From Lama guanicoe (taxonomy: Eukaryota): DNA of 64,000 nt. Below are positions 24,276 through 36,920 of this stretch, piece after piece. The translations under genes and the position numbers were made by a program. Under the pieces are notes generated by a model that worked only from the letters and a program-made list of their open reading frames with translations, was not told where the DNA came from and made no database searches. The stretch spans positions 16,670,373-16,734,372 of the forward strand of contig MU053881.1 of assembly GCA_013239625.1 (NCBI GenBank), written 5' to 3'. Every line of letters starts with the position of its first letter. The first letter of the stretch is position 1.

Positions 24276-25259
24276 GGAAAAAAAGATTTTTAAACTGCAT
24301 GGCAGTGCCTTGGAGGGGGTTTCTGGGTGGTTGAAAAATTTCAGTGCTGAACCCTTGTGCTCTCTGTCTTCTGATTTTCTTGGCTGAGGGTGGGACTGGC
24401 TCCCCCGCTGTGCAGCCGGTGCTCCGCAGGAAGGCCTGCTGTTGGAGCCGGCGCGGCGGCGGCCCCTCCTCTGCTGTACGGAGGTCCCTGCCGATGCCGA
24501 CACCTGATGGCTTTAGCTCTGCCCGCCTGCAGGACCCTGAGCTGCACACACCCTGCCTCAGTTCCCCTCACAGAATCCTCCCTGAGAGGTAAGGGTTGTT
24601 GCGAACCCATTTCCCAGATGATGGACTGAGGGTTCAGATGGCTTTGGTGACCTAGCTGGCAAGCGGCTGAGCACCAGTCATGCTCAGGTCCGGCTGGCTT
24701 CCACGCCGTGCCTCCCAGATTCTCACTGTCAGATCTAAAACCCGTGGTCTGTCCCTCCCCAAGCAGTGGCATGGTGGGGGCTGCAATGTGACCACATGCC
24801 TCCAGACACGCCCACTCACGTGGCTGGGCTCCTGCCGCCCTGGGCTTCTGGGAAGTCGTGCCAGGTGCAACCTGTTTCTCTTGGAAGCGAGCAGAGCCAG
24901 GAGTGGGATGGGAAATGCTCTCCCATGCAGGCGGGGTGGGGGACGGGCTATGCGGGAACTGCAGAGGGGCTGGGAACGTTCTAGGCTTTGCAGAGACAGG
25001 GGCAGCCTGTAGTTTTAGGAGCTGGGACGTACCAGTCCCTGTTGGGTGACACTAGGCATATCATTTCTGCTCTTCAGCCTCAGTTTTCTTCTATGAAATG
25101 GGCTTTACAATAGCCACTGCCTCTCAGAACAGATCCAAGGAATGGATGAGACCATTGAAGGGGTTCAGCGAGGGGAAGCCCTGATCTTCGGGCGGAAGCT
25201 GGGACAGGAAGGACAGTTTGGGTCCTGGATGGGATGACTGAGAAACACTCTGGGTTTAA

Positions 25260-25745
25260 AGGCAAACAGCGAACAGTTTGTCAGTTCCTCAAAAAAATCG
25301 AAAATAGATTGCGACAGATGAATGGATAAACAAAATGTGGTATACGTGAAGGGTGGACTACCATTCAGCCTTTAAAAGGAAAAGAATTCCAACACCTGCT
25401 ACAGCATAGACGAGCCTGGAGGATGCTGTGCTGAGTGACAGAAGCTGGTCACAAAAGGACAAATACTGCATGATCCCACGTCTGTGAGGTCCCTAAAGCA
25501 GTCAGATTGGTAGAGACAGGAAGTTGAATGGGGGTTGCCAGGGACGGGGGGAAGGAGGGAAATGGAGAGGCAGTGTTTAATGGGGACAGAGTTTCAGTTT
25601 TGCAGGGTGAAGAAGTCCTGGCGGTGGACGGAGGGGCTGGCTGCACGACAATGCGAATGTACTCAATGCCACAGAACGGTGTGCCCAAAAATGGCTACAA
25701 TGGTCAATTTGAAGTTGTTTGTATTTTGCCACCGGTTTTAAAAAA
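25260..25745 (+). mobile_element. L1MA/MB 3' UTR
   Basis: gatgaatggataaacaaaatgtgg...tggggacagagtttcagtttt. Confidence 0.8.
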
Positions 25746-26374
25746 GCAGCAAACAGCCCGATGAGCCCTCCTGTTGGAGCTGCTCTGGGCTATTCTGGAG
25801 GAGGGTTACCAGGTTTGGCCTTCTGACTAGAGGACTCCTCACCCAGCTGCCTGACAAACTCCAGCTCATCCTACAAAACCCAGCTCAAATATCTCCTCCT
25901 CCAGGCAGCCCTCCCTGATCCCCCAAGTAGATCCTAGCTCTGCTATTGGGCCTCCCAGCCCCTCCTCTGGCTCAGCCCTGGCCCCTCCGAGATCTGGAGA
26001 TCTGGGTCTGGCTCAGTCAAGCGGTGAGGCTGAGCTGATGAGAAGTTGAGGAGTGGGAGCCCTGCTTGGAGGGTGGGAGAGTGGGGACAGCAGCAGGACA
26101 GCATTAGGAGACCAAGACCCTTTGCTCAGTAAGCATTATAGATGGCCCTTTTCACACCTGCCATGTGCCCTGAGGAGCCCCTAGTGTGGGAGACAAAGCA
26201 GGACACACAGCGTGTGGTCAGGACGGGGGGAGGGGCGGAGAGGGAGAGGGGGACCTTTGTTTCTGGCTCAGTGACACGGGAACCTGGCCTGGCACTGCGA
26301 GGGGAGCTGGGGGCCCTGGGGGAGAGGGAGGGGCAGAAAGGGCCATCCCTCAAGGGCCGCACTTAGAGAGGGTA

Positions 26375-26600
26375 CACATGTGTCTGCACGTTACAGGAGT
26401 GGGTTGTATGTGTGTATTTTTCTGTGTTGGGTGTGTCTTTCTGTGTGTCTGTTGTCAGCGCATCTCTCTGCGTGTCAGTTGGGTGTGTAGTTGTGCTGTA
26501 AGTGTGCACTGAGTGTTGTGTGTATGTGGTCTGTGTCTCTGCTTGTGTGATACATGCATGTGTGAGACACCCATGGGTGTGCACGTGTGGATGTGGCATT
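26375..26600. repeat. GT-rich low-complexity tract
   Basis: Degenerate (GT/GTGT)n. Confidence 0.8.
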
Positions 26601-27789
26601 TTTGAGGAACTGAATCTCCTGGTCGGATGTTTGCTTCCCAGAGGCTGTGGGAGGCCCCTACACGCCGTCCTCAGCCCCACGACCTCCCCACCCCAAGGAC
26701 CCAGGGACCCAAGATTTCTCGGCTCCCCAGCCACCAGGGGCAACTATGAAAACCTGAACCTTCTGTAGCTCCCCATCCCCTTCTCCGGGGGGACCTGGTC
26801 TTTGTTCTCCCTGCCGTGCCCAGCTGGCTGTGTCCTGCTCGTCCTAGACCCCAGCCTCTACAGTGAGTTCTCTCAGGCGTCTCCCCGCCCCATGCCCCCA
26901 TGCAGCCCCCATGTGCCACAAGCGTGGAGTTATCTGTCACCCCCGCCTCATACCCCCCACGGGAGGAATTTTGTTTGTCTGGTTCAGTTGCCTCCCTGCA
27001 CTGAGAACAAGGCTTGGCACACAGCAGGTGCTCAATAAATACCCAAATGAATGAATGAACAAGGGTGGGAGGAAGGGCTAGCGAGGGCAGAGGAGCCAGA
27101 CGGGGCAGGGACGTGCCCCTGGGTCAGGGGAGGGATGCTGAGAAGTCACCCAAACGCCTACACTGGGCAGTGCATGGATTTAGAATTGCCACTTTGGTGT
27201 GACAAGAGGCACATGCCATGGGCAGTGGGACCTGTTGGGAGCTGGAACCGTCCAGTGGAGACACAACGGCCCAGGCTTGGTGGAGGCAGGAGAGGAGGTG
27301 AGAATCAGGGCAGGTGAGATTCAGGAGGTGGAGGGAGCAGAGCATCACTGATGAGGAGGGTGAGCCTCGATGGCCCGTCCGTGCCACGGAAGAGCTGGGC
27401 TGGTGCTTACCCAGGTAGGACAGGGTGAGGAGGCGAGGTAGGGTGTTGGGTCCTTCTGGGGGCCCCTCGACTCTGTGGTCATTTCCTGGGAGGCAGGAGG
27501 ACCTGGAGACAGCATCTTCGTTTCAAGATCAAGCTGAGAAAGACGTTCCAGCTGAGGGGATGGAGATGGACAGTGAGAGGAACATAAAGGGAGATGGTGT
27601 TGCAGAAGCCAGGGGCAGAGGGGGCTGCTCCCAAAGAGGGTGTGGTCAGCTCCCCACTGGTGCCCCTGGTGGGGAGCTTGGCTGCAGGCGCGGAGTCTGC
27701 ACTGCAGTGGGTCTGTACCTGCGCAAACCACAGCCCCGCTAGCAGGACTGGAGTGAAAAGCCTGCGAACGCTCGGCGCTGCTGAGGCTG

Positions 27790-28230
27790 TGGAGCAAGTG
27801 GAACTCTCTCTCGCTGCTGTGGGAGGTTAAATGGTACAGGTACCCTGGAAGACTGGCAGTGTCCGCTGAAGCAAACATAGGTCTCCCCCATCCCCTGTAA
27901 CCCAGACCTCCCACCCCTGGGTATTGACCCACAAGAGATGGAAGCATGCCATGGACCCAAGACCTGGGCATGCATGCTTGGAGTGGCTCTGGACACAACC
28001 CAAATGCCCATCAAAAGAACTGGGAAAACAAATGGCAGTACAGTTGCACTGTGGAATAGTATACAGCAAGGAAAGGGATGGAGGTTGTGATTGAATCTTG
28101 CAGGTATGAGGATGAACATAAGTAGTCAGATCCAAAACAGCACACACTGTGAGTCTGTGTATCTGAAGTTCAAGAACAAGCCAAGGGAACCCATGATGTG
28201 AGCCTATAGGATCATGGTTGCCTCTGGGAG
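27790..28230 (+). mobile_element. Old L1ME-like 3' fragment
   Basis: acaacccaaatgcccatcaaaag...tggaatagtatacagc. Confidence 0.55.
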
Positions 28231-28349
28231 GCGACCTGTGGGAGCCTGCCTGGGGGAGGAAGGGGTGTTATGTGTCAGTTGGAGCTTAAATAAAGATGTA
28301 TGCATCTGTTTTTTTCTTTAAAAGGAAGTGATTTCTTTTTTTAAAATTA

Positions 28350-28670
28350 AATTCTTTTGGTGGGGGCGGGATTAGATTTACTTATTTATTTAATGAATGG
28401 AGGTACTGGGGACTCCAGGACATTGAGAACTGAGCCCAGGACTTTGTGCATGCTAAGCACGTGAGCTACAGCCTCCCCCCAAGATGCATCAGTCTTATAG
28501 TAACCTATAATTCTAGCACAGGGAGCTGTATTTTATATCTTGTAGCAACCTATAATGGAAAAGTATGTGAAAACAAATCTATGCATGTATGTGGGTGACT
28601 GACACATTATGCTGTACACCAGAAATTGACACAACATTGTAAACCAACTAAACTTCAATTTTAAAAAAAC
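28350..28670. mobile_element. Vic-1-like SINE (minus, 28350-28480) next to a short L1 3' end (plus, 28513-28670)
   Basis: SINE box motifs; tagcacagggagctgtatt...aaacttcaatt. Confidence 0.75.
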
Positions 28671-28837
28671 GCATGAAGCTATACACATCAGATCTGAATT
28701 ATTTGGCCCATTTTGCAACATGTGTGTTATATCGCAATCCAAAGGTGAATCTACACAGTCACTAAAACCAATTTGGGCAGTACTTTAAACACGTGAACTA
28801 TCAGTAGCATTAAAAACATGTTGTGGGGGGCGGGCAG

Positions 28838-28925
28838 GGGGAGGGAATAGCTCAGTGGTAGAGCGCAGGCTCGGCATGCATGCGGTCCTGGGTTCAATCC
28901 CCAGGACCTCCATTAAAAAACAAAC
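28838..28925 (+). mobile_element. Vic-1-like tRNA SINE
   Basis: ggggagggaatagctcagtggtagagcgc...gggttcaatccccagg. Confidence 0.85.
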
Positions 28926-29104
28926 ACACAGACCCCAGGGATGGGGATGTGAAGCAGAGTGTAGATGCTCTGAGACTTGGCAGCGTAGGGAGGCTAGGGG
29001 GCGATCACTGAAAATAACTTACCAGAAGTTTCCAGCCATGGTATTCCCAATTTGACCAGGAGCCATGACCTTTTAGCCTTAAAAAACCAGTGAAATTCGT
29101 CAAG

Positions 29105-29665
29105 ATATTAAACATGGAATTCCCATAAGATCCAGAGATTCCTCTCCGAGGTATATACCCTGAAGAACTGAAGGCAGGGATTCAAATAGATATATTCACA
29201 CCCATGTTCATAATAGCTCTGTGCACATGAGCTGACACTGGAACAACTCGTGCCCATCAATAGATGAATGGATAAACAAAATCTGGTAAGCCCACGCAGT
29301 GGAATATTATTCAGCTACAAAAAGGAACGAAGGCCTGACACACTACAATGTGGATGAACCTTGAAAACATCATGCTGAGTGAAAGAAGTCAGACCCAACA
29401 GACCACACACATAGTGTGTGATTCCGTTTATGTGAAATGTCCAGAACAGGCAAATCCACAGAGATAGAAGGCAGGTTAGAGGCTGCCAAGGACTGAGGGA
29501 GGGGGTGGGGAGTGGCTGCTCGTGGAGATGGGTTTCCTTGAGAGATGATGGAAAAGTTCTGGATTAGATGAAGATGGTGGTTGTACAATATTGTGAATGC
29601 GCTAACTGCCGTGGAGTTGCCCACTTTACAGTGGTTAACTAGATGTTGTGTGAATCTCACCTCAA
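29105..29665 (+). mobile_element. L1MB-like 3' end
   Basis: atagatgaatggataaacaaaat...gctgagtgaaagaagtcagac. Confidence 0.8.
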
Positions 29666-30433
29666 CTGAAACAACAGTGAATTGGCAACAGCGGTCAATT
29701 TAGGGGCTTGTGCCTTCTAAACGGATTTTAGCCCCTCATGAGGGCAACTGAGTAGTTCCTACTTGGTTGACAACGACCTAGAACTTCCTTTCTTCGAACA
29801 AAATGACATGTCAAAGCCCCATGTGGACACAAACAGGCCCAGAGAGGGTAAGGAACCTGCTCAAGGTCACACAGCATGGGGAGCCACGCTGTGGGGCTCA
29901 GTTTTGGGCCCAGGCTCCCAGATGAGCTTGGGTGGGGGCAGACTCAGTTCCCCCTCTGTTGAATAGCTGGAAGTGGGTGAGGGGCGCCTGCAAGCTCTGC
30001 CCCAGTCAGCCCCCACCCCCATCCCAGAGGGCAGCTAGAAGGATCCCGTGGGTAGCCCTGGGAATAGGGCACCCGCCCAGGCCTGGTGGCCTGAGGACTG
30101 CTCCAGCCTCTCGGGGCCTCAGTTTCCCCATGTGTGCAGAGGGGAAGCAGGCTTCAGGCAGGGACTGGGCCACCTGCGGTGAGCTGAGGTTCCCTGGATT
30201 TGGAAGGGTCAGCCTGACCCCTGGCTGGCCCTGACATGCTCCTTCTAGCCAGGACAGGCTGCCCAGTGGGGGTCACAGGCACCACCCTGAGATCAGGGCC
30301 TCCAGGACTCCTGATGACCCTCCAGGATAACAGGGGTCTGGGGCACCCCTGTGCTCAGAGGCCCCCAACCCCAGGCCTCTCCTGCCCACCTTTCTCTGTG
30401 GCCTTGGTCCCCAAGAGTTTATTTCTGGCTGGT

Positions 30434-30452
30434 GGGCGCCCCCTGGTGGCCA
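30434..30452 (-). promoter_or_regulatory. CTCF motif
   Basis: Minus strand reads TGGCCACCAGGGGGCGCCC, a near-exact CTCF core consensus. Confidence 0.7.
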
Positions 30453-30899
30453 TGACTCACAGAACCTTTTGCGCACCTCCACAGGTCCCAGTCCCAGCCC
30501 TGCACTGCTCTGGACTCTGGGGACCCTTCCCTTGGCGGGGGGGAGGGGGGGAGGGTGCTTCTAGGCAGATAAAGGACACAAGAAAATGTGGAACAAAGAA
30601 CAATCATATGTAGGGACAAGCTGGCATGGCTGGGAAGGGATGAGATTTGAGTTGAGCTGTGAGTGTCAGGAAGGAGGTAGCCAAGAGATGGCTGCAGGAG
30701 GCAGAGGGACCTGCAAGTGCAAAGGCTCCGAGGTGAGAACAAGCCTGGGGTGAGGTGGGGTGGCGGGAGCAGAGGGAAGGAGGGCAAGAGTGGAGGCCAG
30801 AGAGGGGCCAGACCCACAGGCGAGGAGGGAGGGTTTTGCTCTGAAGGCACTGGGGAGCCATGGCAGGATTTTGAGCGGGGTGGGACATGATCTGAATTA

Positions 30900-31386
30900 C
30901 AGTCTTTATTAAAAGTGATCTTGAGCTGTCACAAAATCACTGGTGATAGTTTAGCAACTAACCACGTATGTCTTTTTTTTTCAACTTTTGTCACTTTATT
31001 GTTAACCAATGAATGTTACCCAAAATTATAGATGTAACTATAACTTAATTGTACAACACAAAATTATGCTGATGGTAAAAGCCTGTTGGAATTTACCAAA
31101 TATTCATTAATAAATTTTTACATTGCTATATGATCATGTGCTTTCAACTGCTAATAATAAAAGTTATAATTGGTTTAATGAAAACTTATATTGCAATAGT
31201 TGTTCCTGTTTAGAAAAACTTACACAACTTTAAAAATGAATTGAATCCATTTTAATCCTCATCTACAAGTAGATTATAAACAGCAAATATAACTGCTAAT
31301 TTTTCAACACTGATATCAAACAGAAAGAATAAAACTTGATAGATGCACTCGAGGCCCATGACCCCTGGCTCAGCCGGAGCGCACTG
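30900..31386. mobile_element. AT-rich relic, possibly a hAT DNA transposon
   Basis: Sharp AT-rich block ending in a GC-rich terminus; family not confidently recognised. Confidence 0.35.
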
Positions 31387-31987
31387 TCTAGAATTTGGAG
31401 TTAGTCTTTCCCGTACATGATTTTATATTTTATTACATATTATGTGGCCATAAACATCAAAGTGTTGTTTTAAGTGATTTTAAACTTTGTGTAAATAAGG
31501 GGGAAAACATCCTCCCACAGTTTGCTTGTTACATTAACAAGGTTTATCTGTGTTTAACTATGAGTATTTTTAGTTTATTTTTAAGCCTTGAAAACATGTT
31601 TATAACATGCACACAGAAAGTGTTTACAGTGCATATTTTCTGTGAACTGTCACAATGTAGAACTTTCCCATCATTCCAGAAGGTTCCCTCCTGTCAGGAG
31701 CCTGCTGGCCCTGGCGGCAATTGCTTTTGCTCATGCCTGTGATCCGTTCTGTGCTGGTTTGGGGTGGGTCTTTGTGCTTTTTTATTATTTTATGCATAAT
31801 ATTCCCTTGTGCAGATGCCCACCACTTGTGTTTCCGGTCTGGGGTTATCATGTGCAAGGCTACTGTGAACATTTGAGTCCGTGTCTTTTTATGACACAAG
31901 TGCTCAGCTCTCTTGGGTGGATGTGTAGGTGTGGGATTGCAGGGTCACAGGCGGGGTAAGTGATCAGCTTTGTTTGAGCCCACTGGG

Positions 31988-32527
31988 TGTAGCTGAGAGA
32001 TGTGGCCGTGTCAGCACACCCAGCCCAATGCTGATCACTGAGTGAGCATGAGATTCACCTGGATAAACTTGCAACTGTTCTGCCCTTATAACCGAGCAAG
32101 ACTCTATGGGGTCTTCCCAGGACAGATCCCTCTCCATGTCCTCTGCGGTAGCTCCTCTCTAAAATACTCGGAAAATAGCACCTCATACACGTTTCCTGAG
32201 TTTTTCAGATGCTAAAAATCACCACCAAATGGAAGAAATTAACTGCTTGATGATCAGGAGCACACGGCCCCCAGACCTTCTGGCGCCTAAGGTTGAGCAC
32301 CATCAGCCAATCAGAATTGTGCACAGCTGGTCACGTGCCCTGGGACGCCCTGCCCTCAGCAGGTCTTTAAAAATGCTCAGCTGAGACTGTTTGGCGGGTT
32401 TGGGGGCATGAGCCACTCTTTCTCCTGCTTCAGCCCAGCAATAAACCTTTCTCTGCTCCAAACTCCAATGTTTTGGTATTTTTTGGCTTCAATGTGCATC
32501 AGGCACATGAACTTGCCTTTGATAACA
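31988..32527 (+). mobile_element. ERV1-class 5' LTR
   Basis: CCAAT ~32308, tttaaaaa ~32366, AATAAA 32440-32445, terminus ...ataaca 32527 followed by PBS-like TGGTGAAGCCAG; 5' boundary approximate. Confidence 0.75.
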
Positions 32528-35340
32528 ATTCTGGTGAAGCCAGTCCCAGAGTCTGTGTCTGTGGCAGATTGACCCTGCCCGTAGGGCAGCCCCTTCCCTG
32601 GGTCCCCGGCAGCTGCCGAGCTCACTTTGCTCTGGGGAACCAGGGAGAACTCCCCCTGACAGGCATTGGCCGCCCCAGGGCACAAGGCTGTTTGGGGCCA
32701 AGAAACATCACTGGAGCTGCGTCCATATTTGGTATCGCTTGGGGGGTGAGTCACCCGAGCCCCTGCAGGCTGGGAATTCTCCGCAATCCATCTGGGCTCA
32801 TTCCCACCGGGAAGTGAGCTGCTCTGTACTCATGGTGAGCCCCTCCGGACCTGTGCGCTTTCAAGAGCTGGGCCCGTCTGTTCGGAGGCCTCTGTCTGGG
32901 AGTGGATGTGGAATTTTCAGACAGCAGCTCCTCTGACTTTCCGTCTGTGTGACCGTAGTTTATTTATTGTCTGTGTTTCTGTGCGTATCGTTTCAGGGTG
33001 AGCCACTCCAGCTTGTGCGCTGTGGGGAAGTTCTACCCGCTCCACCTGGGCTCGTTCCTTTCTGGGAAGTGAGCCATTCTGGGCTCACTGGGAGCCAGGC
33101 CGTTCTGGAAGCCTCCATCTGGGGGTTGAAGTGGAATTTTTGGGGCTACACTTTGTGGGGCCATGTTTGTTATCTGTGTGTGTGTGTATCAGTACTTGCA
33201 CTGGCCGGATGAGACGCCTTTGGTGAGTAAGGGGCTCGCTTGCGATGGCCCCAGGGTGTCCTTCCCTCCTGCGTTGGCCCCGCCTGGGGCGGAGCACTGG
33301 TCGGGATTTCCCCTTTCCAGCGCTAGTCTTTTATTCAGCTTCATCTCTGGGGAAGGGCCTGGGGTTCTCCCCGCTTGGAGTGATGGGGCACTGGTTGGGA
33401 ATCCTCCTTTTGGGGTTGAGGGAACTGTGACCCTGAGAGACCATTTTGGATTGTTGTTTGCTTAATATTTGACAACATCAGCTGTGAGTAATTAAAAGCT
33501 CTTCCATCTTTTTTGTTGTTGTTTTGGGGTTTGGGTTTTTTTCTTCTTTTTTTTCGGTTGGGGAGGTAATTAGATTTATTTTTTTAATGGAGGTACTGGG
33601 GGTCAAACCCAGGACCTTGTTCATGCTAAGCACACACTCTACCACTGAGCTATATACCCTCCCCCGTTTCTATCTTATAGCCACCCTAGGGTATATTTTG
33701 CAAAACTGGGAGATCTTCAGCTATGCTCCCATAAATGAAAGAAAATGATTTTTATTATTTTGGTGGGGGAAGGTAATTAGGTACTTATTTATTCTTAGAG
33801 GAGGTACTGGGGATTGAAACCAGGACCTCATGCATGCTAAGAATGAGCTCTACCACTGAGCCCCCAAAATTGATTTTTTTATTGTAGTACCGTGTGGGCT
33901 CAGTGCTCCCTGAGATCTGGAGAACAATGGCTCCTAATGGCTCTGCTGTTATATCAAAGTGGGGCTTTTATCTTGGAAACGGGTGTGTGTGGGGGTGTAT
34001 GGGAGGTGAGGAGGGGCACAGTATGTCTCTGGATACCTGAGTCCAAATCCTGTTCTGTTTTGCTGATTTTGCTGAAAGTGAGGCATATGAATGTGAATGG
34101 ATTTCATATATATGTATATAACACTGTTATTTCTTTCAACCGAAGTGGCTATTTGGGAACCGGAAAAAATAATCCCTGAAAATTGCCAAGTTGGATGGAT
34201 TTTGTAAAAGTGATTGGAAAGAAGAAATCTGCATTTCTATTCCTGTGCCTTTGAGATGAACAGGATCTACCTGGGCTCTCAAGAGGGAAAAAAAGTTTTT
34301 AGACTCAAGTGGAAAAACTGTGAGACCTCTGGTTCTGTCTTTATGTTAAAAAACAAAAATTAACTTGTAAGTGAGCTCTATTTAATTGATGTAAGTCTAA
34401 GTGCTTACAAATTAAGTGCTCCTAAGTATGAAAGAAGCTAGGCAGAACAAATCTCGGGTTCACATGATCTGGGAAGTAAACGTTCAGTACTGAATTGATA
34501 TCTGATATTAAAGCTAGCTTAAGCTTGCTGGTATAATCAACATAGACATACCTTTTATTATACCTGTGTTTACTGAAGGTTAATGAGTTCATGAGTTTAT
34601 CAGCAGAAAGAAAAAACTTACTCGGTATGATGAAATTCTTGTAAGTGAATTAAATGCAAAGGAGGTAAGAGCTTTTGGGGGAACTCTAGAAATAGTTGTG
34701 TTTTAGGAATGTCTACTTAAAGATGCTCTCTCCAGAGTTTGGTAATTTGAAATTTTAGAGTTGTGCTGGATTGGGTTAAATGATGGAAGTTTATTGAATA
34801 AATAGCTAGGCCATTTCCGAACAAAATAAGATACTGAAACATTCACTAGAAATAAAGATTGCTAAGAATTGAGGATTCTATTTTAACTATGTAATTGAAG
34901 CTACTAAAAATAATAGGAGAAACATGACAGTAGGAAAGCAGGATATATGTTTTGAGGAGAGAAAGATATGAGGAATGGAACTGCATTTTGTTAAGGGAAA
35001 AGTGATTTGGTCCTAGAGCTGGTTTTCTAGGTGGGAAAATAAGGGACAAACTAATGTAGATGAAGACAGTTGTGGGAAGTTTGTAGAAAGGGAGCCCTGA
35101 AAAAGGAGTTCTGGGTGGGAGAGGATATAGCTCAGTGGTAGAGCACGTGCTTAGCAGGCGTGAGGTCCTGGGTTCAATCCCCCAGTGCGTCCATTAAAAA
35201 TTAAAAAAAAAAAATTACGCCCCCCAAGTAGTTCTGTGCATGATCAGGCTGAGATTAAATTGAACTTAATTAGGTAAGTGAATTTTGTTATTAAAAATAG
35301 GCTGGTGCAGGACTGGATTTGGTTCCACCCTATTACGAGA
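32528..35340 (+). mobile_element. ERV1 internal remnant: leader, decayed gag matrix, AT-rich internal region, with SINE insertions
   Basis: Translated pieces LGYILQNW, CSTVWAQCSL..GEQW, KLDGFCKSDWKEEI resemble class I ERV Gag MA. Confidence 0.7.
33520..33865 (-). mobile_element. Two Vic-1-like SINEs inside the ERV (33520-33665, 33745-33865)
   Basis: ggaggtactgggg...catgctaag...ctaccactgagc with ggtaattag tails. Confidence 0.85.
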
Positions 35341-35410
35341 CCAAGTTTACAGCGGGGCGGGGAGGGCACAGCTCAGCGGCAGAGCGCGTGCTTAGAGTGC
35401 AGGAGGTGGG
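35114..35410 (+). mobile_element. Vic-1-like SINE (35114-35225) and truncated copy (35358-35410)
   Basis: tatagctcagtggtagagcacgtgcttagc...gggttcaatcccc. Confidence 0.8.
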
Positions 35411-35923
35411 GTGCGGTGTCTGCTGCGGGGAAGACAAGCTGCCTCTCCCCTCGTGCCTACTAGGATGCCCTCTCTGGGTCAGGCAGCGTTCCTCGAACTC
35501 CAGGGTGCATGGGAATCACACACACAATCTGTTAGCTGGCATCCTGGGCCCCATCCCCAGACTCCGCTTGGTAGGCTGGTGGGGGCCTGTGACTTCGAGG
35601 GGATGTTGTTGCTGGTATGAGGACCACAATGAGGAAGCCCACTGGGTGGGGGGCAGATGGGGACAGGCAGTTGGTGAGCACAGGGGTGGGGGGTCACAAC
35701 AGTCACCTCAGCTAAGAGGGATGAATTTCGTGTGCTACCCCGAGGAGGGCCAGCCCTGGTGTCCAGTGCAGTGGCTCTGCCGTCCCACTGCTTGCTCCCG
35801 TCTTCCCGTGGGGAGCTGGTGCCACCACGCGGGGCCACACGCAGGTGGTATGAGCCTGCACCTCCCCCGGTCACCCAGCAGGAGTCGGCATCACGCTGCA
35901 TCTGACAGAAGGCAGGCAGCAGG

Positions 35924-35943
35924 TTTAATTGATGGAATTTAAT
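35924..35943 (-). terminator. AP1M1: Tandem ATTAAA polyadenylation signals ending an ~0.8-kb AP1M1 3' UTR
   Basis: tttaat on + at 35924-35929 and 35938-35943; I saw no earlier AATAAA/ATTAAA downstream of the stop. Confidence 0.65.
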
Positions 35944-36737
35944 GTAGTTGTGACACAAACACAGACAGGGTTGAGAAGGGTGGCGTCCAAGCATGGATGT
36001 GGGTGACCTTTGCTGGACCCCATCTCCCCTGATGGGACGAACACTGATGTGGCCAAGTGACAGCATCATGTGGCATGGGCTGGCCCTGGTGAGGTGCCGC
36101 TGTTGGAGCCTGTGGGTCCAGGCCAGGAGCTGCCAAGGAGCAGCCAGAAGCTGCAGCCTCCAATCAAAGTGCGGGGTTCCGGCCCGACGTGGAGGGTGAC
36201 CCCGTGTCAGGCTCGCCGGGGAGGAGGGCGAGGAAGGGGACGTCTGGTCCTCGCTAAGTGCTGCCTGAGCGCTTCAGGGTGAGGGGCGGGAGGCTTGGAG
36301 AGTGAGGGTCACGTAAACGGCGAGGGACCGAGACAAAGTCCAGAACACTCGGAAACCCACAACGTTCAACAGAACGGCGGCCCTGCTAGCCCGGCCTGAG
36401 GCCGAGCGTGTCCCAGTCTTTTTGTGACTGGGAGCGAAACAGCACAGAAGGCTGTATTTGACCTCTGGAGAGAAAGATGGCATTCCCTTCCCCCCAAACT
36501 GTGGGGGCAGAGAGACGAGGCTTCTCAAAGATGAGCCTCTTCTGGGAAAGGGGATGTGGGAGATGAGAGTGGCGACGGCGGAGCAGGTGCACCTGGAGGA
36601 GGAGGAGGAGCCCCGGGCGGACTGGGAGCATGGCTGGTGTCCAGGGGAGCCCCTCCTTCTGGCAGGCTTGGCAGGCGCTTCCTCCTGGTGCTTCCACCAG
36701 GAGCCCCAGGGCCGGGCGCGTCAGCCACTGCGGCCCC

Positions 36738-36760
36738 TCACTGGGTCCGGAGCTGGTAAT
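36738..36760 (-). CDS. AP1M1: AP1M1 exon 12 coding part (DYQLRTQ-stop)
   Basis: TAG|AT TAC CAG CTC CGG ACC CAG TGA; 23 nt. Confidence 0.96.
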
Positions 36761-36920
36761 CTAGGAGGAGAGAGGGAGGGAGGCGTCCAATGTCTGCTCT
36801 GCACCCCAGAGGGGGGCCGCACACCCGCCCCCACCCTGACCCTGGGGCAGCAGCACCACCACCAGGGGCCTTTTCAGCTCCATCTGCCCCCCCACCCGCC
36901 CCCGGGGGGGCCGCACGCAC

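Noticed and set aside
28838..28925. tRNA-like sequences (also 471, 35114, 52675 and others)
   Set aside because: They have A/B boxes but no complete acceptor stem, carry A-rich tails and occur as many diverged copies: SINEs, not tRNA genes.
1..35900. Possible second protein-coding gene (e.g. KLF2) in the left half
   Set aside because: No zinc-finger exons, CpG-island promoter or spliceable coding chain were found; a spliced lncRNA cannot be excluded from sequence alone.
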